DNA of 64,000 bases from contig NC_086382.1 in NCBI RefSeq assembly GCF_036588685.1, positions 25,296,001 through 25,360,000 of the forward strand. The letters run 5' to 3'. The position numbers and the translations under genes were made by a program. Source of the DNA: Mytilus trossulus. Taxonomy: Eukaryota. Below are positions 10,463 to 22,989 of the stretch, in pieces. Every line of letters begins with the position of its first letter. Positions within the stretch are counted from its first letter, which is position 1. The notes under the pieces were generated by a model. That model saw nothing but the letters and a program-made list of their open reading frames with translations. It was not told where the DNA came from and did no database searches.

Positions 10463-13400
10463 TTAATCACTACTGAAATAGAAATCTGCATGTCCTGGTG
10501 TATTTCCTATTTGACATGCCATAGTTACATCATATTCTATTTTCCATGTTGTGGCATCCACATACGACAGCAGAAATGTTAATGTATTGTTGGGTTGAAC
10601 ATTGCCGACAAAGACCACTCGATAATACATTGGACTCGTCGAAATAGGAAAATACAATGTCATATATTTGGAGAAGCTGATAGTGCCTTCTTTTGTTATC
10701 TTGAAATCTAAGACAAAATATAAATATTGATTGAGTAATTAAAAAATGCATGCGAAATCCAAATTATTAAATGTGTGTCATAAGCAGAGAAATAATATAT
10801 AGAATGTTATTATACAAACTCCCAAGAAGACATACGCAATTAAATAGTAAGTGAAAAGTGTTTTAATCCTGAATATGTTTTCATTCTTTGAGTTTTGTTT
10901 CGATTGCATATCGTACATAGTTTTTGTTAATTTCATTTAAAATATTTATGAATCAGGACGAATTCGCACTCAACGTTTGTCTATTGTTTTGTGTAGTAGC
11001 AGTATGTGAACCCCCACGAGTTTGGTTAATTTTGGATTGACATGAACCCTTCTTTTTTTTCATTTAAAAGACGAACCAGTTCCACTGAATGATTTGCTTT
11101 TAATTGAATGATGTAGTCTTTGACTTTTTATTCAGAACGGATGATATTTTTTGCAGTTTACGCTATTGTCATATTTGATCATTTAAAAATATTGCCCACA
11201 AGTGGTTACTTGATTATCCAAGCTCTCAAAAAATAAAGTTTTGTGAAAATCATAAGAATTCGAAACCGGATATCTGATCCGAATAATCAGATTTTGACCA
11301 TTTGTTAGAATTGTTTGAAATTGATTCTTGTAATCAATCTAATATTTTCATCTTGTTTCTGCATCAAAAAATAGTTCTATACTTCTATACAAAATAGCAG
11401 GAAAGTATTATTATCCAAAGGATGTTTTTATTATGTTACAATACGTAATTATTATTCAGGAGAATGGAGATTAAGCAGTATTAATCCTCGGGATATTTTT
11501 TAAACCACCATAAATAAGATCTACAATTGTCTTGATCTCAAGAAAGACGTTTGTACTAAAACATATTACCCTTCATATCTCCTCCGACATAATCATCTCC
11601 ACAGTCTTCTCCTGACGGACATTTACAACCTCCGGTTGTAATAACAAATCGAATAAGATCTCCACCTACCACAGTCTGACGGATATCATTGTACGAACTG
11701 AGATGTTTTGGGAAAGCAGGTTTATGTGCCCAAAAACTACAAAATACACTGCGCTATCATTGCAGGTTATAAATGCTGACATCAGACAAGTCAATTAAGG
11801 ACGGACAATAACAACATGTTCAATCATTCCATGATTGATAAGGACTTATAGTAAAACCAAACATTCAAATCGTGATGATCCTTCAAAGGTATTTTTAAAC
11901 ACATTATAATGATAAAATGGCCACTTAAAGATATCAAACCCCTAGTACTTTTTTTTTAACAAAGAGTGTGAATATTAACTAAAATTCCGTTACTAGGGGG
12001 AAATAACAGATAACGAAATCGAAACAGGATTTTTAATCTGATTATATAAGTAAAAACATCGAATAACGAATTTTCAATGGTAATGTCAAACAAGGGTGTA
12101 TTAATATCAACTTACTTTCCATTACCAATGGGCCATTTGCAGATAACTCCCTTTATTTTGTCAGTGTTGTTGGCAAAGAAACCTGGTTTGCCATACATCA
12201 TACGTAAAGTATCTTCCATTATATACATAGAATACAGGTCTACTTTTAATGCTCCTATGAATATAGTTGTAGCAAATTATGATAATAATAATACTGATTA
12301 AAATAATAATAATAATATTACAATATTTAAAGTTAAAGCAAAAAAAAAGATAATAATGTTAGTAATAATTAGTTCACTTGGTACTGAATAATAAGATGAG
12401 GATAGGTGGCTATGTGTCGTCTAGTTGCAGATTAAATAAATTCCTATATCGAAAACATGTTAAAACGATATTAATATAAACTCTGCTATGGTTTAGAACG
12501 ATGTTGTGGTGTTGTTATTTATATGATGATTCACACGGAGGTATTTACATATCGTTGAAGAAAATTTATTGTATTTGTTATATATAAAGACCAATCAATC
12601 TCGAAATCATTTCTTACGATACGATTAAAATTTCTTTAACAGTAATATGAAAATGATGTGCAATTTTTAACAGTTAAAAGAAAATACATAATTATGTGTT
12701 TTCTAGTCATCATTATTAATATATCTGTATTTCAAGATTATTAAAAAGATTTAAACACAATGTTTACTGCACTACCCCTACTGTTGACATTTTTACGTAT
12801 TATGTCTGTTTGTTTTGTTCATACAATGTTTTCAAAATAATGATTTTTTTGCGACAGTAATACAAGTGAGGGATTTAGCTAGCTAAAAACCATGTTAATC
12901 CACCATTTTCTAAGTTAGAACTTGCCTGTACCAAGTCCGGAAAATGACAATGACAGTTGTTGTCCATTCGTATGATGTGTTTGAACTTTTGAATATGCAA
13001 TTTGATCAGGGACTTCCCGTTTTGAAATTCCTTTAAGTTCGGTATTTTTGTTGTCTTACTTTTAACAAACCTTTTGTGTCGAATTCAACTACTTCGTGAT
13101 TGAAAATCAGCTGGACAGCAGCACTCTCTGAACTTTTTGAGGCCAAAAAGAAGTTGATTTCGCCACCAAATATTGGTAAGTCAGCAGCAGCAGCAGCAGT
13201 AGATGAAATTGGTTTGCAGGTTGTCGTATTGAAAAAATATGACACACGTGATCCATTTGTCAGATATGACACGAGGGAATCGTAGGTATGTATTGGTATT
13301 TTTCTAGTATAAAATATAACGATTCATTTAAATTGTAGTATATAATGAAGACATAATCTTTCAATCAGTTTAATTGAAGACTAGAGCTGGCATCATGTCT

Positions 13401-14294
13401 GTAGCTGCTTGTAGTCCTTTGATGCGGTTTAATTGCAAATGAGTCCATTTTCATTAAACTAGTACACATGTTTGTTCATGGGCAAGCTGAAGACTGCAAC
13501 CGGTGCGGTATTTTCTTGTTGTGTTAAACACTAAATGGTTGCCTTCGGTTGGGGTTTTTTACTCTCTGGTCGGGTTGTCTCTTTGGCCCATTTTCCCATT
13601 CTCTGTTTTATGGAAACTATTCTGATGAAATAACATTGACCATTCATCTTTTGCACGGGCATAGTTTTAAATTTGATAATTTTTCAGATATACATATATA
13701 TTCGATTTTTATTGAAAACAAATAACTTTTTGAAGGAAAGCGAAAAAATACAGTGTTTTTTTTCTATCAGGTCTATTGAAAATAAATACAAAATAAATAC
13801 ATTAATTAAAAACAAATTACGGGTAGTACAATCCACGTCCTCCCTGCAAAGGATGTAAAGATAACGAGAAAGCAAAGCCACCCCCTAAAATATGTGTATG
13901 TAATGTGCTAAACAGTTGTTCGGGTTTTTTTTGGTGTGTACTTTTCATCATTTGTTTTCTCGTATTCTGTTTTTTATTTTTTTTATAGTGGAAATGAAGG
14001 CATACATATCTCTCGTCTGTCGAATGGTAACGTTAAATTAATAAGATCATTTGGATAAAAAAAATATCATGTCGTTGTCAGTTTATTTTCGATTTAGGAG
14101 TTTTAAAGTCCATCTTGTATTTTTTGCACTCCTTTTTTATGTGACACACACATAAAAAATCAACAGGGTATGCTGTATTTTAAAAGTCTTTATACAAAAG
14201 AGGAAGATAACTATAATTTCATAAAAACTCACGCTTGATTGGACACTTGAAGGCAGCACAACAACGTACAAAATAATGATATGAAGTAGAACAT
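10463..14294 (-). CDS. Secreted protein with two tandem VirK-like domains, copy 1, 281 aa; exons 14294-14233, 13303-13071, 12254-12116, 11736-11570, 10707-10463
   Basis: All introns GT-AG with consistent phases (2,1,2,1); 846 nt total. Signal peptide MFYFISLFCTLLCCLQVSNQA; domain 1 IHTYDSLVSYLTNGSRVSYFFNTTTC...IFGGEINFF...LIFNH...VICKWPIGNGNFW; domain 2 LSSYNDIRQTVVGGDLIRFVITTGGC...VGGDMKDFKITKEGTISFS...VQPNNTLTFLLSYVDATTW...MACQIGNTPGHADFY. Gene model is strong; VirK call is from recalled consensus. Confidence 0.85.
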
Positions 14295-14688
14295 TCTCAG
14301 TGACCTTATCGGATTGAGACCAGGTATAGACTGTTGAATTGAATAGTATGTTATCTATATAGGGACAAAGATATTAAAATTAATGTTCCACTTTTGATGA
14401 ACCAACAGCATCGCAACGTAACATTTTCAACACTACTTCTTATTTTTGTAAATGTATAATTTCCATACTTACTTAAAATCAACTAATTCATTAGACTACG
14501 ATAACTTAAAATGACCATACAGCAATTCAGAATACGAAAAAAACTTACAAAGAGATAAAAAAAAAAAAAGAAGGAAAAAAGTGTTGAAGTCTTATATGCA
14601 ATTCAAAAGAAGTTTGTTTTTTTAAGAATTGATTGTATCTAAATGACCGTTTCACATCTAAATTGGTTTACTGGTTTATTATATTTTA

Positions 14689-17600
14689 TTAATCACTACT
14701 GAAATAGAAATCTGCATGTCCTGGTGTACTTCCTATTTGACATGCCATAGTAACACCATTTTCTATCTCCCATGTTGTAGCATCCACATACGATAACATA
14801 AAGTTTAATGTATTGTTAGGTTGAACAGTGCCGACCAACACCTCTCGATAATACATTGGACTGGTAGGAATAGGAAAAAATAATATCATAGATTTAGAAA
14901 AGTTGATTGCCCCTTCTTTTGTTATCTTGAAATCTAAAATAAAAATGATTAAATATTTAAAAAAGGCATGTAAAATCTAAATTATTTAGTGTGTCATAAT
15001 TAAAGATGTAATCTTTAGAATGTAATAATCAGTTTACTTTTAAAAGGACAAGTCCCAAAGAAATCATACGCCAACTTTTATCTGACCGGAGAAGCGATTT
15101 TGTCATTCATAGGGATTGCAGATCGTTCAAACCTTTCTATACCCGGTACGAGTTCTAGCTCGACACTAGTTTTGTTGTTATATTTAGTAGCATGTCAACC
15201 TACATGTGTTTTTTCTTCCTTTGGGTCTTCTCGGATTATCTCTTTTATTTGAGTCAGAAACTATTTCTGCTGTATGATTTTCTCTTATTGGAAAGTTGTT
15301 GTATATTTTTTTTAAATATGCAGAACTGATAATCTCCCGTTTTACTGACTACCATGGTAGATTAAGCTTGATTCATATTTGATAATCAAATATTATTTTC
15401 TGCATTTTTTAATTGGGTGGTACCGGCTCACAATATAATAAGCTTCGTGAAAATCATAACAATTTTAGACTAAAGATGTATAACGAACATTTGTTAGAAA
15501 TGATGATTTTGAAATTTATTAATCACTTAAAGGGACACTAGCTACGAGAAAAAAATAATATGATTTCGTCTGTTTCAATCATAAAGGTAGAATAATGAAA
15601 TAATGATTCGTTTTAGCAGCCAATTCGGTTCAACTGTGTCAAAGAAATTAAATATCGCTGATGATTTATTCTTTTGTATGTGAGTAATTTGACCTCTGTG
15701 AATCCTTAATCATGTGACCTTAATTATTCAATTACCTAGAAATTGGTTATGCAAACATAAGTCATATCCATCCATTATAAGGAAACGAATGTCTCATTAA
15801 AGTGAAACAAAGGTGAATCATTTCGTTGGTTGATTCGATTCACAAAAAAAGATCATTCTTAAACAGGTAAAAACGTTTATAAACCTTTAACATGAAATCA
15901 AACAGACCTTTACAAATTCAATTGCACGATTTCGCAATCTATTTATGTTTATGTTTTTGTTTATATCGGATTCAGTGACCATCGGCAGTATTCAGATGTC
16001 ATCTCGATAGTAAATTCGATGGGGTCTGGACTAAAATACATAAGAAATTCTATATATATCATCGATTACCTGCTTTTTTACTGTTTATTTCAAACTTATA
16101 GTAGTTGGATAATCGTTAAAGATTTTTATGATTGAAATATGAGAATTCGAATCTAATTAGTGAACATGAATTTGACAGCTAGTGTCCTTCCAAGAAGAGA
16201 GTCAATATGTTCGCTTACATCAGGTTGAGATGTATTCCAAGAAACAAAAACTTTGTTTGCTTTAATAATCCTTTTCATTTTTTATACATCAAATCACGTT
16301 TAATTATCCAAAGAAGTTGTTTTTATATAACATTATAGTTAATTATGTTTCTGTAGGCAAGATATTTAACAGTTTGAAACATTTATTTTTTTACGCCATC
16401 ATAAAAAAAGATCTGCAATAGAGTTGAACTGAAGAAAGACGTTTGTACTAAAACAGATTACCCTTCATATCTCCTCCGACATAAGCATCTCCGCAGTCTT
16501 CTCCAGTCGGACATTTACAACCTCTGGTTGTAATAACAAATCGAATAAGATCTCCACCTACCATAGTCTTCCGGATATTATCATACGAACCGAGATGTTT
16601 TAGGGTAGCAGGTTCATCAGCCCAAAAACTACAGAATACAATATAGGTTATTACTGTAAGTTAATATTGCTGACATCAGACAAGTCAATAAAGCACGTAC
16701 TATGACAACGTGTTCAATAATATCGTGGTGGAAAGGGACGTATAGTAAAACCAAACACTCAGATCATGATGACCCTTTGTTGGTTGACCGTTGTGGAATG
16801 ATATGCGACCTACCGAATTAGACTATTTACCGGATTTGATATAAAATTAACAACACGACGGATGCCAAATGTGGATCATAACTGCTTACCCTTCCGGAGC
16901 ACCTGAGATCACCCCTACTTTTGGTTGGGTTCGTGTTGCATATTATTTAGTTTTTTATGTTGTGTCAAGTGTTCTACTGTTTGTATGTTTGTCTTTTTCA
17001 TTCTTAGCCATGGAATGTAACTTTATTTTCGATTCATGAGTTTGAAGGTCCCTCTGGTATCTTTCGTCCCTCTTTCAAAGGTCTTTACACGTTGTAATGA
17101 CAAACTAAATGACCGCTTTCGCGTCTGGCGCACATATCAAATTTCAATCCTGGTATCTATAATGAGTTTATTTACAACCACTTGGTCGATGCCACTGGAT
17201 GCTCAGGAATAGATCACCTCAGCAGAATTTGGCAAAACTTTTAGAAGTGTTGGTCCTCAATGCTATTCAACTTCGTTCTTTATTTGGCCTTATTAACTTT
17301 TTTTGTTCGAGCGTCACTGATGAGTCTTTTGTAGACGAAACACGTGTCTGCTGCATATACGAAATTTCAATCCTGATATCTATGATGAGTTCATTTACAG
17401 ATAAAAAGCATTCAGTACTATTTTCGAACAAAGAGATAATATATGAATATACAACAAGATTCCGTTTTACTAGTAAATGCACTTGCAAATAACGAACAAT
17501 CGACGGGATGTTAAAGCACGTTGTAGAAGTAATAAATCGTTTAACAAGTTTTCAGTGGTCTCGTCAAACATAGTGTATACATATAATAAAATTGAGAATG

Positions 17601-18993
17601 AAAAAGGTGAATGTGTCAAAAAGACAATAACCTGACCAAAGAGCAGACAAAAGCGGAAGGCCACCAATTGGTCTTCAATGCAGCGAGAAACTCCCACACT
17701 CGGAGACGTGCTTCAGCTGGCCACTTAACAAAAATATATACTAGTTCAGTGATTATGGACGTCATACTAATCTACGAAATATACACAATAAACTTAAATT
17801 AAAACTTACTTTCCATTACCAATGGGCCATTTGCAGATAACACCCTTTACGTTGTCAGTGTTGTTAGCAAAGAAACCTGGTTTACCATACATCATGAGTA
17901 AAGTATCGTCTATTATATACATGGAATACAGGTCTACGTTTAATACTCCTGGGCAATAGTAAATAGATAATAATCTTTATTGTCATATAATTATAGTTAA
18001 TGTGACAATGAAAAAACACAATATAGAAAAGAAGTAACAATTCTTAATGAAATGAACTCATTGAAAGACCTCAGTTCAAATAAAGGAACCATTATTTTCA
18101 TGATGGAAGGGTTTAGCGATTCTTTTACTTTTTGTTCTAGGGTAAGATTCATAAAACTATGAATAGGTAAACATTTTTACATGTAAAATGAATTATCCCT
18201 TAGTTTTGTGTTAATTTAAAAAAAAAAAAAAAAAGAGTTTTTTTCTCACCCAGCAAGTGGCACAGTTTACATATTATATCCTTTTCTATGAATATTATAA
18301 TAACAACTTTTTCTATTTCTAAGTTATGGTAACTTATTCTCAACTGCGTATAGAATTTTCATATAGAAAGGTCACTGGAAGCTGGATACAGTTCCCTATC
18401 AAAGTTAAGTCTTAAATTTTCATAAAGTAACAGATTACTTTTTTTATCATAACTTTTTTTTCTATTATCAAACATATTTTGATTTTTTTTTTAATCGTTT
18501 TATTTCATCCAAGTCCCTACACTCATTTACTCTATCTATAAGATATCAGTTTTGTGAAATACTCTTTGCATATATGTATACCAAGAATATATTAAGTAAC
18601 ATTGGAGTCCACAGTTTTAACCATATCAATATTTCTTTAAAAAAAGGATTTATATTTTAAGAATTCAGCCCTCTTAGATCAGATGGAGAATGCGAGATAT
18701 TCAAAGGAGAGTTCATTTAGTTCTAATCGGACTGCTGTATAGGATGCAGTTTTTCTGGTGCCTCGCAAAAAATTACTATTGGGTGGCTATTTCTAATTCA
18801 GAAACATGTTAATAAAAACCCTTCTTTCACTAATTCACATGGACATTTGTTATAGTACATCGTTGAATAATGTGCTTTGTACTTGTTATTCATAAAAGGA
18901 CTTCGTTTTCAAAACAATGATGCTATAATAACAATAACATTATATTGATGTGTATTGTTAAAAAGATAAATGCATGTGTGTTATCTAAGCATC

Positions 18994-19035
<42 letters not shown>

Positions 19036-20512
19036 TATACCTTTTTTGTCGTATTCAACTACTTCGTGGTTGAAAATCAGCTGTACAGCATCCTCCTCTG
19101 GACTCTTTGAAGTCAAAAAGAACTTAATTTCACCTCCAAATATTGGTAAGTCAGCAGCAGAAGCAGTAGATGAAATTGGTTGGCAGGTTGTGGTATTGAA
19201 AAAATATGACACTCGTGATCCATTTGTTAGATATGACACGAGAGAATCATAGGTGTTTATTGGTACTTTTCTGGTAAAAAATAGAACAAATCATATATAT
19301 ATATATACTATTATATAAAATAAAGACAATCTGTGAAGTTCAAACAGTTAAATTGAGTTCATGAGCTGGCATGTCAGTAACTACTAATAGTTCTTTGTTA
19401 ATGTATGTGTCATTGTCATTTTACTGTCCATGTTACAGTACTGTGTGTTTGTTTTATCTACATTGGCTAGAGGTATAGGGTGAGTCTTAAGATATCCAAA
19501 AACATGTTTAACGCCAACGCATTTTTGCGCCAGGCTAATGTCAGGAGCCTCTGCCTTAGCCAATCTTGTATTATGTATCTTTCAATTTTAGTTCATCGAT
19601 ACATTTTGGATTTTTTTAAATAATAAAGCAGATGTGGTATGATTGCAAATGGGTCCATTTTCACTGAACTAGAACACATAAGTGTTTATGGACAAGCTGA
19701 AGTCCTCCACCGGTGCGGGATTTTCTCGGTGTGTTCAATATTCATTGGTGTCTTCGGCTGGGTTTTTTTTTAACTTTTTGGTCGGGTTGTTGTCTCTGAG
19801 GTTATCACAAGCCCAGTTGTCAGCACTGTTTGTGCTGACATGAATTATCATTGATATGGTTATAGTTATAAATTTACTGTTTACAAAATTTAGAATTTTT
19901 TGAAATACGAAGGCTTTTCTACCTCATGCATAGATTACCTAAGCTGTATTTGGCAACTCTTTGAGAATTTTGGTCCTCAAAGCTCTTCAACTGCGTACTT
20001 TTTTGGCCTTTTCAATTTTTTGGGATTGGAGCGTCACTGATGAGTTTTTTGTAGACGAAACGCGCGTCTGGCGATAATACAAATTGTCGTCCTGGTATCT
20101 ATGACGAGTTTATATATTCGATCCATTCCACATTCGCTCAATTTTATGGGAATTATTCTGATGAAATAGCATTCATCTTTTGTAAAGTGATGGTTTTTAT
20201 TTGATAAATTTTCTGCAAGTTTTCGATTGTTATTGACAACAATTAACTTAGGATAGTGAATAAAAATATTTGTTTTCATATCATGTATATTGAAAATAAG
20301 TACATAAGTACAGAGAGAGTTTGAAAGTCCCTCTGGTATCATTCGCCCCTCTTTTAAATGGCAGACGCATGAAAAACCAACAGTATATACTGCGTTTTTA
20401 AACTTATTAATTCAAAAGAGGAAGATAACTATAATTTCTTAAAAACTCACTCTTGATTGGACACTTGGAGGCAGCACAGAAAAGTGCAAAATAATGATAT
20501 GAAGTAGAACAT
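14689..20512 (-). CDS. Secreted protein with two tandem VirK-like domains, copy 2, 280 aa; exons 20512-20451, 19270-19041, 17948-17810, 16628-16462, 14933-14689
   Basis: Exon sizes 62/230/139/167/245 versus 62/233/139/167/245 in copy 1; open frame throughout; about 83% amino-acid identity to copy 1 by manual count. Confidence 0.85.
17311..17355 (+). ncRNA. Hammerhead ribozyme variant in retrozyme repeat (~17120-17395)
   Basis: GCGTCACTGATGAGTCTTTTGTAGACGAAACACGTGTCTGCTGC; core intact, helix III palindrome changed to ACACGTGT, helix I weakened. Confidence 0.6.
18997..19032. repeat. (TA)n microsatellite a few nt inside the intron after exon 2 of VirK-like copy 2
   Basis: About 18 TA units seen directly. 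Confidence 0.9.
20031..20073 (+). ncRNA. Hammerhead ribozyme in retrozyme repeat (~19800-20110)
   Basis: GCGTCACTGATGAGTTTTTTGTAGACGAAACGCGCGTCTGGCG. Confidence 0.7.
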
Positions 20513-21689
20513 TCTCAATGATCCTATCAGGTAGAAACAAGCTATCGTCTGTTAAATAAATTGAATAATAGGTTATCTATATAGACAAAGATATGAATAT
20601 TAATGTCCCACTTTAGTGAACCAAATGTCATGTTTAGTAATTAATATAACAGGATTGCACATAAGTCATAGCAAGGACTAAGTAAGTAAGTAAGTAAGTA
20701 ATTCAAAATAACAATACGATCAGCGTGTGAGTGTGTATTTCTTTCTTTACTTTGTCGTTAATTTGCCATTAAGGTTTTGAAAAAAAATCAACAGAAAGTC
20801 TGTGACTAGCTGTTTTCAAGTTAAATTGTTATTCGAGTGCTACAATAAAGGACCAAACTTCGTCTCTTACTTCATTGTTTTTCGTATATGAATTTTGGAA
20901 AATCAATCACAGCCTATATATAGCTAATATATGAACATATTTATGTACACTTGCATAAGGTCGATTTCTATCCGACGCAGCTCAAACTTGAAAATTATCT
21001 AAGAGTCCGAAGGGGGTCACTAGCAAACCATATAACTCATAAAATGACCGTTGGCAGTCTGTGGATGTGATCTAGAAGTAATGCTGATACATATTATCGA
21101 CTCCATTGATTGTTAATCGTTTAATATAGACTTTGTATTTTTGATATACGTTTTTGTATGTTATAAAACAAATAAAATCGGGAAACAAAAATTTTGACAG
21201 ATAATGACTTTTAATTGGCATAACTCATACTCACTATTAAAACTCAGATATAGTTGACCTCGATAGTAGTATCTAAATAACGTTATCAATCCCACAAAAC
21301 ATATCATTGGCCAATAATCTATTTAAATGATGTAGAGGTCAGATGAACCCTATTATACGAGCATGATCACCTCTTCAATTATTTCAAGATCAATAGTGCT
21401 TATTGATTCAAAGATAAGTATATATTTTCATAAAAACTAAATGTTGATCAGCAACTTAAGAAATCTTGTCCAGGTCTAGTAATACGTCTAACAGACGTGT
21501 TTTAATACCTTGCAATGATTTCCAAATATAGTTGTTATATTGAAATTGAAAAGTTCTCTCGACAAAAACCGCTTAAGTATGCCAAACGAGGTTAAAGACA
21601 AATGCATAAATGAACAAATGCAAAGAGGAACATCTTAGAAAACGACATTTAGTATCCCAGTCTGCTTCCTGTAATATTAATATTTATGG

Positions 21690-22245
21690 GAATATCGATA
21701 TGTTCATGATTATAAATTAAGTGTTACTAAACAAAACTTTGAATTTTTGAAAAACTAAGACTTGTCTACCTCAGGAATAGATTACATTTATAGCTGTAAT
21801 TGGTAAAACTTTTAGGAATTTTTGGTCCTCAATGCTCTTCAACTTCGTACATTATTAGGTCTTTTAAACATCTTTTTATTCGAGCGTCACTGATGAGTCT
21901 CATGTAGACGAAACGCGCGTCTGGCGTAAATATAACTTTTTAATCCTGGTATCTATGATGAGTTTATTCTCAATATATAACATACATTTGCATAGACATC
22001 CCTACGTTACAAATTTTTGAATATTTCGAAATACTAAGGCTTTTCTACCTCAGGCATAGATTAATTACCTAAGCTGTATTTGGCAAAACTTTTAGGAACT
22101 TTGGTCCTCAATGCTCTTCAACTTTGTACTTTGTTTGGCCTTTTTAACTTTTTTGAATTCGAGCGTCACTGATGAGTTTTTTGTAGACGAAACGCGCGTC
22201 TGGCGTATACTAAATTTAGTCCTGGTATCTATGATGACTTTATTT
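21690..22245 (+). mobile_element. Tandem dimer of retrozyme repeat with two hammerheads (21884-21927 and 22163-22206)
   Basis: Two head-to-tail copies of ...GGTCCTCAATGCTCTTCAACTT...GAGCGTCACTGATGAG...GACGAAACGCGCGTCTGGCGTA...CCTGGTATCTATGATGA; ribozymes 279 nt apart. Confidence 0.8.
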
Positions 22246-22989
22246 ACATTTTACATATCATGTTAACTTATCAACATATTCATTCCCTGTTCAAGTATCA
22301 AATCAAGCCATTCAGTTATTTTTAAAGGAAGTTTTATAGTTATTATAAAGTAGGGATGTTACTAATATCTTTAAACTTATTACATTATTACTTATTCATG
22401 TTATCAATATATCCATTCCCTGTTCAAGTGTCAGATGATTTTTTTGTTATTCAAGGACGTATTATAGCAAATGTTCAATAATGTAGAGGTTTTGCTCAGA
22501 AGCAGTATGGTCAACTGTAGTTGTTTTGATTTTAGATTAATTGTGGTTTTATCACGGACAATTATTCCACATCGCCTTAAATCTGTATTGGTCCTAATCA
22601 AGGAGTCTATAGTGGTTACTTCAAAAATGTATAGTCTTACAAATTTTAACAATATTAGTCTCTGAGGAGTAAATTTTCATTCCCATCACTTTTTCAAATT
22701 TAAAAGCTTGATATATTGTAATATGGAAATTTGTCAGTGAACATCAAGGAAGATCTTTTGGTGTCATGTGTGCTTGTCTTGTTGTATAGTTGCTTTCTCA
22801 TTTACAGCCAGATTGAAGTTTGAGCACTATTGTAATAAAAAATAAATGTTATCTTTGGCAGTGCATCTCTATCTCTATAAAATATAAATTCTGACAATTC
22901 GTTTCGGAATTTTTGCTCAAGTGATATAAAGCTGTTTTGTTTGTTTTGATTGGGGTTGGGTTTTTTTTGTTGTTTTTTTTTTTTGGGGG

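Noticed and set aside
10530-10751. Cys-containing ORF (FQDNKRRHYQLLQ...) as the terminal exon
   Set aside because: Wrong frame: intron phase and the paralogue support the DFKITKEG...FSSD frame
10463-20512. Bacterial contamination, or the enterobacterial VirK/YbjX (DUF535) family, as the explanation for the VirK-like genes
   Set aside because: The genes have four spliceosomal introns filled with host repeats and are contiguous with PAXBP1; the motif resembles the small PF06903-type VirK, not the unrelated YbjX family
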